Notes under the pieces: generated by a model
The model's input: only the letters and a program-made list of their open reading frames with translations
Told to the model about the DNA's origin: nothing
The model's database searches: none
Shown: piece after piece, positions 1 to 8,115 of the stretch
Layout of the letters: every line of letters begins with the position of its first letter
Numbering within the stretch: the first letter of the stretch is position 1
Assembly (NCBI RefSeq): GCF_004010195.1
Contig: NC_057746.1
Location: 33,154,597-33,189,423, forward strand
DNA: 34,827 nucleotides
DNA from: Chiloscyllium plagiosum
Lineage: Eukaryota
Direction: 5' to 3'
Translations under genes and position numbers: made by a program

Positions 1-54
1 GATAATAATAGCTACAGAGTTAATAACAGAGGTACTTCATAACTTCCCTTCAAC

Positions 55-150
55 ATGATAACCAGGAGCAGCAGTAGGCCATTCAGCCCCTTGAACCTGC
101 TCTGCCTTCTAACACGATCATGGCTGATCTCACCTCAGCCTCAACTCCAC
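55..150 (-). mobile_element. CR1-type LINE 3' tail fragment
   Basis: Reverse complement of the recurring tail GATCAGCCATGATC...GAATGGCCTACTCCTGCTCCT also seen at ~2160-2205 and ~16330-16390. Confidence 0.65.
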
Positions 151-157
151 TTTCATG

Positions 158-272
158 CCCTGGTCTGGCCTATGTGTGACTCCAGCCTACAACAATGCTC
201 CTGCCTCTTAACAGCTCCCAAGGGCAATTAGGGATGTGACTCACACATTCCATGAATGAACAATTAAAAATC
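158..272 (+). mobile_element. SINE 3' fragment (same family as 25757-26002)
   Basis: TGGTCTGGCCTATGTGTGACTCCAG...GGGCAATTAGGGATG...GAATGAACAATTAAAAA, shared with other copies in the window. Confidence 0.55.
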
Positions 273-937
273 TTCCATATCCCTTCCACTGTCACCACCA
301 GGAGAGAGAGAGAATGATTTCACACTGTATAATTTATTCATAATCATAGAGACAATTCATGATTCCAACTTACACATTTAATAATACACTATTAAATTAG
401 AAATTAGCATTAATAAATAAATAAAACTCAAACTAGGCACAAATAAGACACAACAACTTTGTGCATTGAAATGACTGACAGATATTGCAAATAACTTCCA
501 TTAACTTACTATCATTTAATTTTCAGTAATTTCAGTGAGGGGTGGATTGAACTGGATCAGGTGTTCACTTATACGTCCAATCTGAACCTGCCCAGATGCC
601 AATGATGGGACAGGGGGTTTATTTTAAGCTGACATGACTAAGAGGATTGGAGTTGGTGTGGGTTTGACACTACATCTGATTGGAAGTGGTGGCTAATTCA
701 GCAGAAACTAACATTGTTGGATGGGAGCTCCAACCCATTCCACAGGGTTCCCGCTTGGAATGTTGTTAAAAGCTCTCCCCTCCTCCACCCCTCCCAGACT
801 GGAGAGAGGATCACCTTTGGAATTCCTCAGAGTTATCTTTCCTGCTCTTGTTGCCTGCCATTAGTGCCTGCTGGAAGGATTCACAGGTTGACCTTCAATC
901 AGTTTGGCATTGTGGACACACCTTCCTCAGTCATCGA

Positions 938-996
938 ATGCTGAGGTGGGATCAAACCAGACTCAGGCTTAGGGCCTGGGACACTGCCCACTGTGT
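938..996 (-). mobile_element. Possible tRNA-derived SINE head remnant
   Basis: Minus strand CACAGTGG (A-box-like) ... GGTTTGATCCC (B-box-like); short and degenerate. Confidence 0.3.
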
Positions 997-1065
997 CTAG
1001 AGAATTCCTTCAATAATGAACAAAACTATGGAGACCTGGCTAGGCCTCACCATCACACTGAATCT

Positions 1066-1201
1066 AATACACACTCTCTTACACAGACCCTCACACACAG
1101 AGATACGTATACACAGACTCTCACACATACACAGACACACACATTCACGCGCACAGACACAAACACACAGTCTCTCACACAGATACGGTCTCTCACGCAC
1201 A
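1066..1201. repeat. Degenerate (CA)n-rich low-complexity tract
   Basis: ACACAC/ACAGAC/TCTC-rich run; accounts for the spurious ORFs 997-1200 and 1016-1204. Confidence 0.85.
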
Positions 1202-1618
1202 TAAGGGCACTGAGTCGAATTGTACTACATCTCCACCCACCTTTTCTGCACCTTTAGAAATGATTGAATTGAGCATGGGTGAGGGAATTGACCTTCAGAT
1301 ATTTCTGAAATGAAACCTCGCACCATAATGGCACCACGAGAAAGACAGCCATTATTTCTGAATGTCTAATTATTCGCATTTAGAATAAAACAGAATCTTC
1401 TAGAAAAACAAGTCACTGCTGACAGGATACATGAGTCTGGTCAGCTCAAGTCACTCTGTGTTCTTTCGCTCAGGACCAGAAACTGAATGGGCTTGATCTC
1501 TGACTGATCACTTCATCAAGCCTTCACTTCCGGAGATGCTGTTAAAGGGAATCCTGTAAAGACCAAGTGGAATTGGACTCGCTTCCACCCCTCAACCAAT
1601 GAGCAGTTCATCCTTCTT

Positions 1619-1868
1619 TCACCAGTAGGAGGCGACGTTGATGAGAATCTTGAGGGCCATGGAGAAACATGGGATCTGCCCCAGGGTGTAGGCCAGGGAT
1701 CGAGTCGGGGCCTTCAGAGCGAACAGATAGGCCACGGTGTGAAGCAGTCTGGCCAGGAAGAAGATCCTGAAGTGGATCCTTGCAATGGATGGGCTGGGAT
1801 CCAGGAAGCAGTACAGCACGCCCAGGAAGAGGAAGGGGTAGATGCACTCCATGTCGTTGCGGTGAGCC
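1619..1868 (-). CDS. PTGES: PTGES coding exon 3
   Basis: Acceptor catcgcag|G GCT CAC. Encodes (R)AHRNDMECIYPFLFLG...RLLHTVAYL...PTRSLAYTLGQIPCFSMALKILINVASYW, then TGA at 1621-1619. Colinear with human mPGES-1 without indels. Confidence 0.97.
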
Positions 1869-1989
1869 CTGCGATGATTCAATCAGAAACAACAGCTTTA
1901 GTGGAAGGTGAGACACTTCACCACTGCCCCCCCCCCCCACCACCAACTCCTGGGGGCTGCCTGCTGGAGCTGTGCTCTGTGGTTATTCG

Positions 1990-2225
1990 GGCCCAGGGAG
2001 GGGTAAGCCTGTGGAATTCATTCCCACAGGAAGCAGGCGAGACCAAAACATTGCACAGTTTCAAGAAGGAGTTGGATCCAGCACTTGGAGCTAAAGGGAT
2101 CAAAGGATATGGAGGAAAAGTGGAAGCAGGGGACTGAGCTGGATGATGGCGCTACAATGAATGACACAGCAGGCTTGAAGGGCCGAATGGCCTACTCCTG
2201 CTCCTGTTTTCTTTGTTTCCATGTG
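1990..2225 (+). mobile_element. CR1 LINE 3' end in PTGES intron 2
   Basis: Encodes the LWNSFPQ...FKKELD C-terminal CR1 ORF2 motif, then the tail GAAGGGCCGAATGGCCTACTCCTGCTCC. Confidence 0.8.
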
Positions 2226-2295
2226 TGACTAATACATGTAATATCCAGATGGTGGGATAAGGTCTTGGTGAAAGGAAAGACCAAGGATGAATGTC

Positions 2296-2447
2296 ACACA
2301 ACACCAGGTTATAGTCCAATAGGTTTATTTGGAAGCACTAGCTTTCACAACGCTGCTCTTTCACAAAAGCTAGTGCTTCCAAATAAATCTGTTGGACTAT
2401 AACCTGGTGTTGTGTCATTTTTAACTTTGTACACCCCAGTCCAACAC
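2296..2447. mobile_element. Penelope-derived hairpin (inverted pLTR) element, family A
   Basis: 50-bp inverted arms at 2296-2345 and 2366-2415 (48/50 match), followed by the family tail TTAACTTTGTACACCCCAGTCCAACAC. The hammerhead core is decayed. Runs into an N gap. Confidence 0.75.
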
Positions 2448-2620
2448 NNNNNNNNNNNNNNNNNNNNNNNNNNNNNNNNNNNNNNNNNNNNNNNNNNNNN
2501 NNNNNNNNNNNNNNNNNNNNNNNNNNNNNNNNNNNNNNNNNNNNNNNNNNNNNNNNNNNNNNNNNNNNNNNNNNNNNNNNNNNNNNNNNNNNNNNNNNNN
2601 NNNNNNNNNNNNNNNNNNNN
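2448..2620. other. Assembly gap (173 N)
   Basis: Run of N. Confidence 1.
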
Positions 2621-3303
2621 GGAAGAGATCTAGAGAGCCAGAGCAGGAGAGAGTGAGAGATTGACTGATGTGAAAGCAGGAAGTTACAGCATCTTCAGGG
2701 ATGCTGAGGGAGGTGAGCAACAAGTCACAAACGGCCAGCGAAGAAGTGCTTTATCCTTCACCAGCCTTTTGTCACTCAGACAGCTGCCAGCAAATCATGG
2801 AGGCAGTGACCACTTCATCGAGTGGAAAGGCTATGTGACTGTGCAAGGCCTTTGGCCCAATTAACAGGGACAGCTCCCTCTTGTCTGGGGAGACCGGAAC
2901 AATCCCAATGGCCAAATTGGATGGTTTTGGAGAGACAGACAGGGCCCTGTGGGTGTCCGATATCCTCAGTGTGCGACTGAGCACAGAAACAGAACTGCAG
3001 TGCTCTGGTGCTATTACAGCTGCCAGATAGCTCAAAGTTTTTTGCAACCAATGAAAAGCTGCTTTTGTTGGTATGAAGCAGCAATGCGATCAGTGACGTG
3101 CTATTGGTTGTGGCGTAACTCCTTGCCTGGAGCAATGGCCCTGTTCCCCGCAGACACAGAGCTATGGGAGCTCATGTCCCACTGAACAGGGCTCTGGTTA
3201 CTATCAGAGCCACACCCTGGGACTAAAGGACAACAAGTGCTGAACTGGCAGGGTGGCTGGCATTGCTGGATCCTGTGCCCTCTCCCTGGCATGAGATGCT
3301 TAC

Positions 3304-3386
3304 CTCCGACAGCGCTCCACGTCTGGGTCAGTTCGGCACAGCTTCAGGTCCCCATGCCTCAGAGCGTCTTCTGGATTGGCGAAAGC
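3304..3386 (-). CDS. PTGES: PTGES coding exon 2 (83 bp, not in ORF track)
   Basis: Read manually: tcattctgtcccag|GCT TTC GCC AAT CCA GAA GAC...TGT CGG AG|gtaagc = AFANPEDALRHGDLKLCRTDPDVERCR(R). Phases 0 and 2 join exons 1 and 3 in frame. Confidence 0.97.
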
Positions 3387-3748
3387 CTGGGACAGAATGA
3401 ACAGTCTGGTGAGACATGGTGTTAACTCCGTCACGGCCCAGGTTAGGAGGAGGCTGAGACTCTCCCCTTGTTTCCACTCTCACTGCCCTGCCATTCCTCT
3501 CCCTGTGTCTACCCTGGCTCCTAACGCACAGGCTGAGGGACCTGATGGGCTAATACAGGCAACAGCGTACAGTCCCAACTTAACAGGACCCTGTGAATCC
3601 AGGAGAGGAGGTACATGGCCCAATCAAACTGTAAGCAATAAAGAGAAAGCCTCCAGCCCAGTGAAAAATCTGGTCGACATCACAGATAAATCGGATTCCT
3701 CACTGTCTAATGCCTACCCCTGCCTCTCTCTTTTATTATGTAAAGTCT

Positions 3749-3953
3749 AAAACCAGGTTATAGTCCAACAGGTTTAATTGGAAGCACACTAGCTTTCGGA
3801 GCGACGCTCCTTCATCAGGTGGTAGCAGAGGGCTCAATCCTAACACACAGAATTTATAGCAAAAATTTACAGTGTGATGTAACTGAAATTATACATTGAA
3901 AAATTGATTTTTAACTTTGTACACTCCAGTCCAACACCGGCACCTCCAAATCA
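3749..3953. mobile_element. Penelope-derived non-autonomous element, family A, in PTGES intron 1
   Basis: ACCAGGTTATAGTCCAACAGG arm plus the family tail ...GTACACTCCAGTCCAACACCGGCACCTCCAAAT. Flanked by ATGTAAAGTCT (3738-3748) and ATGGAAAGTCT (3953-3963), a probable TSD. Confidence 0.75.
3787..3821 (-). ncRNA. Minimal type I hammerhead ribozyme motif, intact core
   Basis: CAC-CUGAUGA-A-GGAGC(GUC)GCUCC-GAAA-GC-UA^GUG: full core, 5-bp helix II, palindromic AGCU helix III, CAC/GUG helix I. Confidence 0.75.
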
Positions 3954-4311
3954 TGGAAAGTCTGACAGTGTTGTTTTCTTTTCATTCGCAGGATATGGTT
4001 GCCACTGAGTGACAGATTAGCCCTGAAACATCAGGAGAACTTCCCTTTCCAGTTAAAGGGTCAGGCACAAGAGAAGTATAAACTTGTTAATATTATTCCA
4101 ACAGGGAATTAGATAGACTGCTTGAGGAACGGCTCAGAGCACAGCTCCTCCAGTTACACAGCTGTCTCTTGTGGTGCCTCTAAATCTATTCCAGCACTGT
4201 ACGCTAACTCTCAGTCAACATTGCACTCTCAATCGCCCCACTGAGCAAACCACAGTGAAAGGAGAGAGGGAATCGATCATGCTGAGCATTCACACACAAA
4301 CAATTGCACAC

Positions 4312-4848
4312 TTTCACTTGAACTGTGTCCAATTCTTGTCTCCCTGCTATCGGGAGGATGTTGCGAAACTTGAGACGCTGAGAAAAGATTTACAAGAGTG
4401 TTGCCAGGGTTGGAGAGTTTGAGCTATAGGGAGAGTTGAGTTTTCCCTGGAGCGTCGGAGCTGAGGAGTGACCTTATAGAAGTTCTATCAAATCATGAGG
4501 GGTATGGATAGGGTGAATAATCAAGGTCTTTTCCCTGGCGTGGGGAGTCCAAAACTAGAGGGCAGAGGTTTAAGGTGAAAGGGAAATGATTTAAAAGGGA
4601 TCTAAAGGGGAACTTTTTCACGGAGAGAGTGATGCGTGTATGGAGTGAGCTGCCAGAGGAAGTGGTGGAAGCTGGTACAATTGCAATGTTTAATCTGGAT
4701 GGATGTATGAATAGGAAGGGCCCAGAGGGATACGGGCCAAGTGCTGGCAAATGGGACTAGATTAACTTAGGATATATGGTCAGCATGGACGTGTTGGACC
4801 GAAGGGACTGTTTCTGTGCTGTGCATCTCTGTGACTCAATGACTCTAT
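4312..4848 (+). mobile_element. CR1 LINE 3' portion in PTGES intron 1
   Basis: HLNCVQFLSPCYREDVAKLE (the CR1 'HLEYCVQFWSP' motif) through the tail CTCTGTGACTCAATGACTCTAT. Confidence 0.85.
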
Positions 4849-5030
4849 CGTGGAAGCAGGTTCAGCAGCAACATTTAAAAGACATTTGGGCAGGTACATG
4901 AATAGGAAAGTTTTAGAGGGATACAGACCAAATGCAGGCAGATGGGACAGGTTTAGCTTGGGAAACCTGGTCAGTGTGGATGAGTTGGACTGAAGGGTCT
5001 GTTTCCATGCTGGATGGCTCTATGACCCTA
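4849..5030 (+). mobile_element. Second CR1 3' tail, ending ~40 bp from the exon 1 donor
   Basis: Repeats the same 3' end (GAAGGGTCTGTTTCCATGCTG...CTCTATGAC) directly after the first copy. Confidence 0.75.
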
Positions 5031-5071
5031 AGCCAAAGGAGGCTGAGCAACTCAATCAAAACAATTCCTAC

Positions 5072-5188
5072 CTTTTTCCGGAGTCTGACTTGTCCTGTGA
5101 GCACCGCGAGAGCGAACATCTTAATGAGCAAGAGGACGGCATAAAAGACAAAGGAGCAGAAGACCTCATTGGTCAAGTTCAGAATCAT
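5072..5188 (-). CDS. PTGES: PTGES (mPGES-1) coding exon 1
   Basis: ATG at 5188 in GCCAAGATGA context. Encodes MILNLTNEVFCSFVFYAVLLLIKMFALAVLTGQVRLRKK, matching the mPGES-1 IKM...TGQVRLRKK motif. Ends at a phase-0 donor AAG|GTAGGA. Confidence 0.95.
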
Positions 5189-5435
5189 CTTGGCTGATTT
5201 CTGCTCGTCCACAGTTTGTTATGAGGCACCCGGACGCAGCTCGTCTTCTTATAGCAACAGAGGGTGTGACAGGACATGCCGCGGCAAGGGGGAGATGAAG
5301 AAAGTGGTTAGTAAACCATTTCCTGTGGCCCAGCCTGCTGGGACTTGTACCGGATTTACTTTTCTTCATTACATGGATTGTGTCAGGACATGCGAGAATT
5401 CGAATGTTGGTTTACGAAAAGGATTTCCCCATTTT
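5189..5435 (-). promoter_or_regulatory. Putative PTGES proximal promoter and 5' UTR
   Basis: TATAAG at 5253-5248, about 31 nt upstream of an Inr-like TCATAAC (A at 5222). ETS-like ACAGGAAATG at 5326-5317. C/EBP-like TTTACGAAAA at 5411-5420 abuts kB-like GGATTTCCCC at 5421-5430. Motif matches only. Confidence 0.55.
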
Positions 5436-6270
5436 CTGACATCCTCTTTGTGGATCAACAAATAACATAGTGATATGATGTAACCTTGCCTCAGCAGTGC
5501 TGAACTTTTATCCTAATACAATGGCTGTACAGCACTCATAGGTTAAAATAAAGCACAGGATGACCCGGCACAGAGAAGGCCATAGAGGCCATCTTGCCCA
5601 TACTAGATCTTTCATCTATCAATTCCTCTCATCCCACCTACCCCTCTTTCCCCATTTATTCCCCCTCCTCCCTTTTATTTTCATTTTACATTACCATTTT
5701 CCAGATTGGAATAACTCGCACATGTTTTCTTCCAGTTTTCATGGAACTTTTGTAATTCCAATTAAGTAGTTTAGATCTCTCTTTCCCACTGAAGCACACC
5801 CTTTCCTGCATTAAATTTCATCAATCCATTTCAGTGATTTCAAAGTTCTCTTTCAAAGCCCCTCCACATAAGGTACATTGACGAACCGGTGGTTTTCTCC
5901 CTCAGCTCTGTCTGACTGAAGTTTCCACAAATCTCTAAAAACGCTAACATCTTTCAAAAGGTCAAAGTGCATTCCAACAAGAGTTTTTGTTTCTAATTTG
6001 AAGACTTACCAAGTTTTATTTGGACAGCATTTCATATCTCAGCCACAATTACTGCCTTCAAAGATTTTTTTCCTCCCTAAATGCGTATCTTTATACAACG
6101 TTCATGTGGTTTTTTTTTAAAACGTTGTTTAATGGCTGCAGACATCACAGACCAGGTCACCATGTATTGCCCATCTGTAATTTCCCCTTGAACTTCCCAG
6201 AAGAATAAACAGAACCAGTTGAACTGGTAATCGAGACACACTGATCTGACCGGTCTTCAAAGAAGAGGTA

Positions 6271-6458
6271 AAAAAACGTGGTGCTGGAAAAACACAGCAG
6301 GCCAGGCAGCATCCGAGCAGCAGGAGAATCGACGTTTTGGGCATAAACCCTTCTTCAGGAATGAGCTCAGGAATGATGCTGCCTGGCCTGCTGTGTTTTT
6401 CCAGCACCACATTTTTCAACTCTGGTACTCCAGCATCTGCAGTTCTCACTTTCTCCTC
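6271..6458. mobile_element. Penelope-derived hairpin element, family B, with 16-bp TSD
   Basis: Perfect 36-bp inverted arms at 6278-6313 and 6375-6410. Hammerhead remnant at 6327-6362 (-). Flanking direct repeat CTTCAAAGAAGAGGTA at 6255-6270 and 6459-6474. Confidence 0.85.
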
Positions 6459-6487
6459 CTTCAAAGAAGAGGTAGGCAAGCTGGAGG

Positions 6488-6564
6488 CTGGGAGGACACA
6501 GCAAGCCAGGCAGCATCAGGACGTGGAGAAGTCAACATTTCGGGAGCAACCCTTCTTCAAAAAC
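6488..6564 (-). mobile_element. Older Penelope pLTR fragment with decayed hammerhead
   Basis: Minus strand TTGAAGA-A-GGG(TTGCT)CCC-GAAA-TGTT-GAC followed by GATGCTGCCTGGCTTGCTGTGT, as in family B. Confidence 0.6.
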
Positions 6565-6589
6565 GAGAAGCACTCTGACTCATTTTCCA

Positions 6590-6780
6590 GCAGGAATTGT
6601 TGGGTCCCTCAGGCAGTGAAGAGTCACGCACATTGCTGTGGGTCTGGAGCCAGATTGGGTAAGGACAGCAGATTTCTTTCCCAAAAGAACATGAGAGAGC
6701 CAGTTTTTTTTTTCAACAGCCATCAGTGGCAGTTTCATGATCGCGATTACTGAGACTTACAGTATATTCCAGTTTTCATT
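6590..6780 (-). mobile_element. SINE fragment (family of 25757-26002)
   Basis: CACATTGCTGTGGGTCTGGAG...GGGTAAGGACAGCAGATTTC is the reverse of the family core. Confidence 0.55.
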
Positions 6781-7029
6781 ACTTTAATTTAGCTCATACT
6801 GACAGTCACATTGGAGAAAGAGGGGACAGGTGGTGGTTTAACCTAAGGGCCACCACACCTCAGTGGGGGGGGCATGACGTTGAGAAGGTGGTACCGCATG
6901 GTCACTTCACCTGGTGCTGGAATTGAGGTGACATTGCTGGCATCACTATCCATTGTAAGCCAGCTGTCCGGCTAACTGTGCTAACCAGTAGCTACTCACA
7001 CCTCTGTGCAATTTGAACTCAAGCTCCCA

Positions 7030-7690
7030 TACAATATACAGCACAGGAACAGGCCCTTCAGCCCAAGATCTTGATGACAAATTAAACTAATCCCTTCTGC
7101 CTGCCATGGTCATTATCCCTCAATTCCCCGCATTTTTGTGTGCTCATCTAAAAGCCCTTTAAACACCATTATCGTATCTGTCTCCATCACCATAACCTGG
7201 CAGCACCTTCCACGCTCCTACCACTCTCTGTATAAAAACCATACCCGCCCACATCTCCTTTGAACTTTCCCTTTCTCACCTGAAATATATGCCCCCAAGT
7301 ACTGGACATTTCAATTCTGGGGGAAAAGATTCTGACCATCGACCCTATCTTTGCATCTCATAATTTTACAGATTTCTACCAAGTCTCCCCTCAGCCTCTG
7401 CTGCTCCAGAGAAAACAGCTCGTGTTTTTCTAGCCTCTCCTTATAGCTCATACCCACCAATCCAGGCAGCATCCTGGTAAAGGATGGTAAATTATCCCAG
7501 GACCCATAGGTATACATCACCATCTCCAGTGCGTTCATGTAAGCCATGTACCTATCCTCATACTTTACCTCTGCCACACTGTTTCCCTTTCATAGTTACC
7601 CTTCATATTTTCTACCTTCAGTTTAGTTTGCTCCAAATTATAACCTCTACATTTATCCAAATCACCTTCATCTCTCTCTCTCATTTTCTA
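7030..7690 (-). mobile_element. CR1 LINE 3' portion(s)
   Basis: FTRMLPGLVGMSYKERLEKHELFSLEQQRLRGDLVEICKIM; tail near 7030-7065. The part beyond 7480 is more degenerate. Confidence 0.8.
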
Positions 7691-7691
7691 T

Positions 7692-8115
7692 TGCAGCTGT
7701 CTTGGGTGCTGGTGAGGTCACACCTGGAGTACTGTGTGCAGTTTTGGTCTCCTTTCTTGAGAAAGGATGTACTGGCTCTGGAGGGAGTGCAGTGGAGGTT
7801 CCCTGGGTTGATTCCGGAATTGAGAAGGTTGGCTTGTGAGGAAATACTGTGTAGACTGGGAATATACTCACTGGAATTTAGAAGAATGAGGGGGATCTTA
7901 TAGAAATGTATAAAGTTATGAAGGGAATCGATAAGATAGAAACAGGGAGGTTGTTTCCATTGGTAGGTGAAACTAGAACTAGGGGGCATAGCCTCGAAAT
8001 AAGGAGAAACAGATTGAGAACTGAGTTGAGGAGGAACCTCTTCACCAACAACATTGTGAATCTGTGGAATCCCCCGCCCAGGGAGGCAGTTGTGGCTTCC
8101 TCTTTGAATGTTTTT
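7692..8115 (+). mobile_element. CR1 LINE ORF2 C-terminal fragment
   Basis: LVRSHLEYCVQFWSPFLRKDVLALE...LFPLVGETRTRGHSL...VNLWN; ends where the tandem array begins. Confidence 0.9.

Larger units (their letters stand above)
310..1618 (-). other. Putative PTGES 3' UTR with AU-rich element and poly(A) signals
   Basis: On the minus strand: TTATTTATTTATT at 424-412, ATTAAA at 382-377, AATAAA at 338-333 followed by CA and U/GU-rich sequence, and another AATAAA at 623-618. The 3' end is inferred. Confidence 0.5.

Noticed and set aside
2421-2723. 'SIPEDAV' as PTGES exon 2, or exon 2 hidden in the N gap
   Set aside because: Chance resemblance; the true exon 2 with correct splice sites is at 3304-3386.
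4913-5212. 99-aa ORF as a single-exon protein or N-terminally extended PTGES
   Set aside because: It starts at a GTG only ~10 nt from the predicted TSS; ATG 5188 has the better context. After RLRKK it reads through the splice donor into an antisense CR1 tail.
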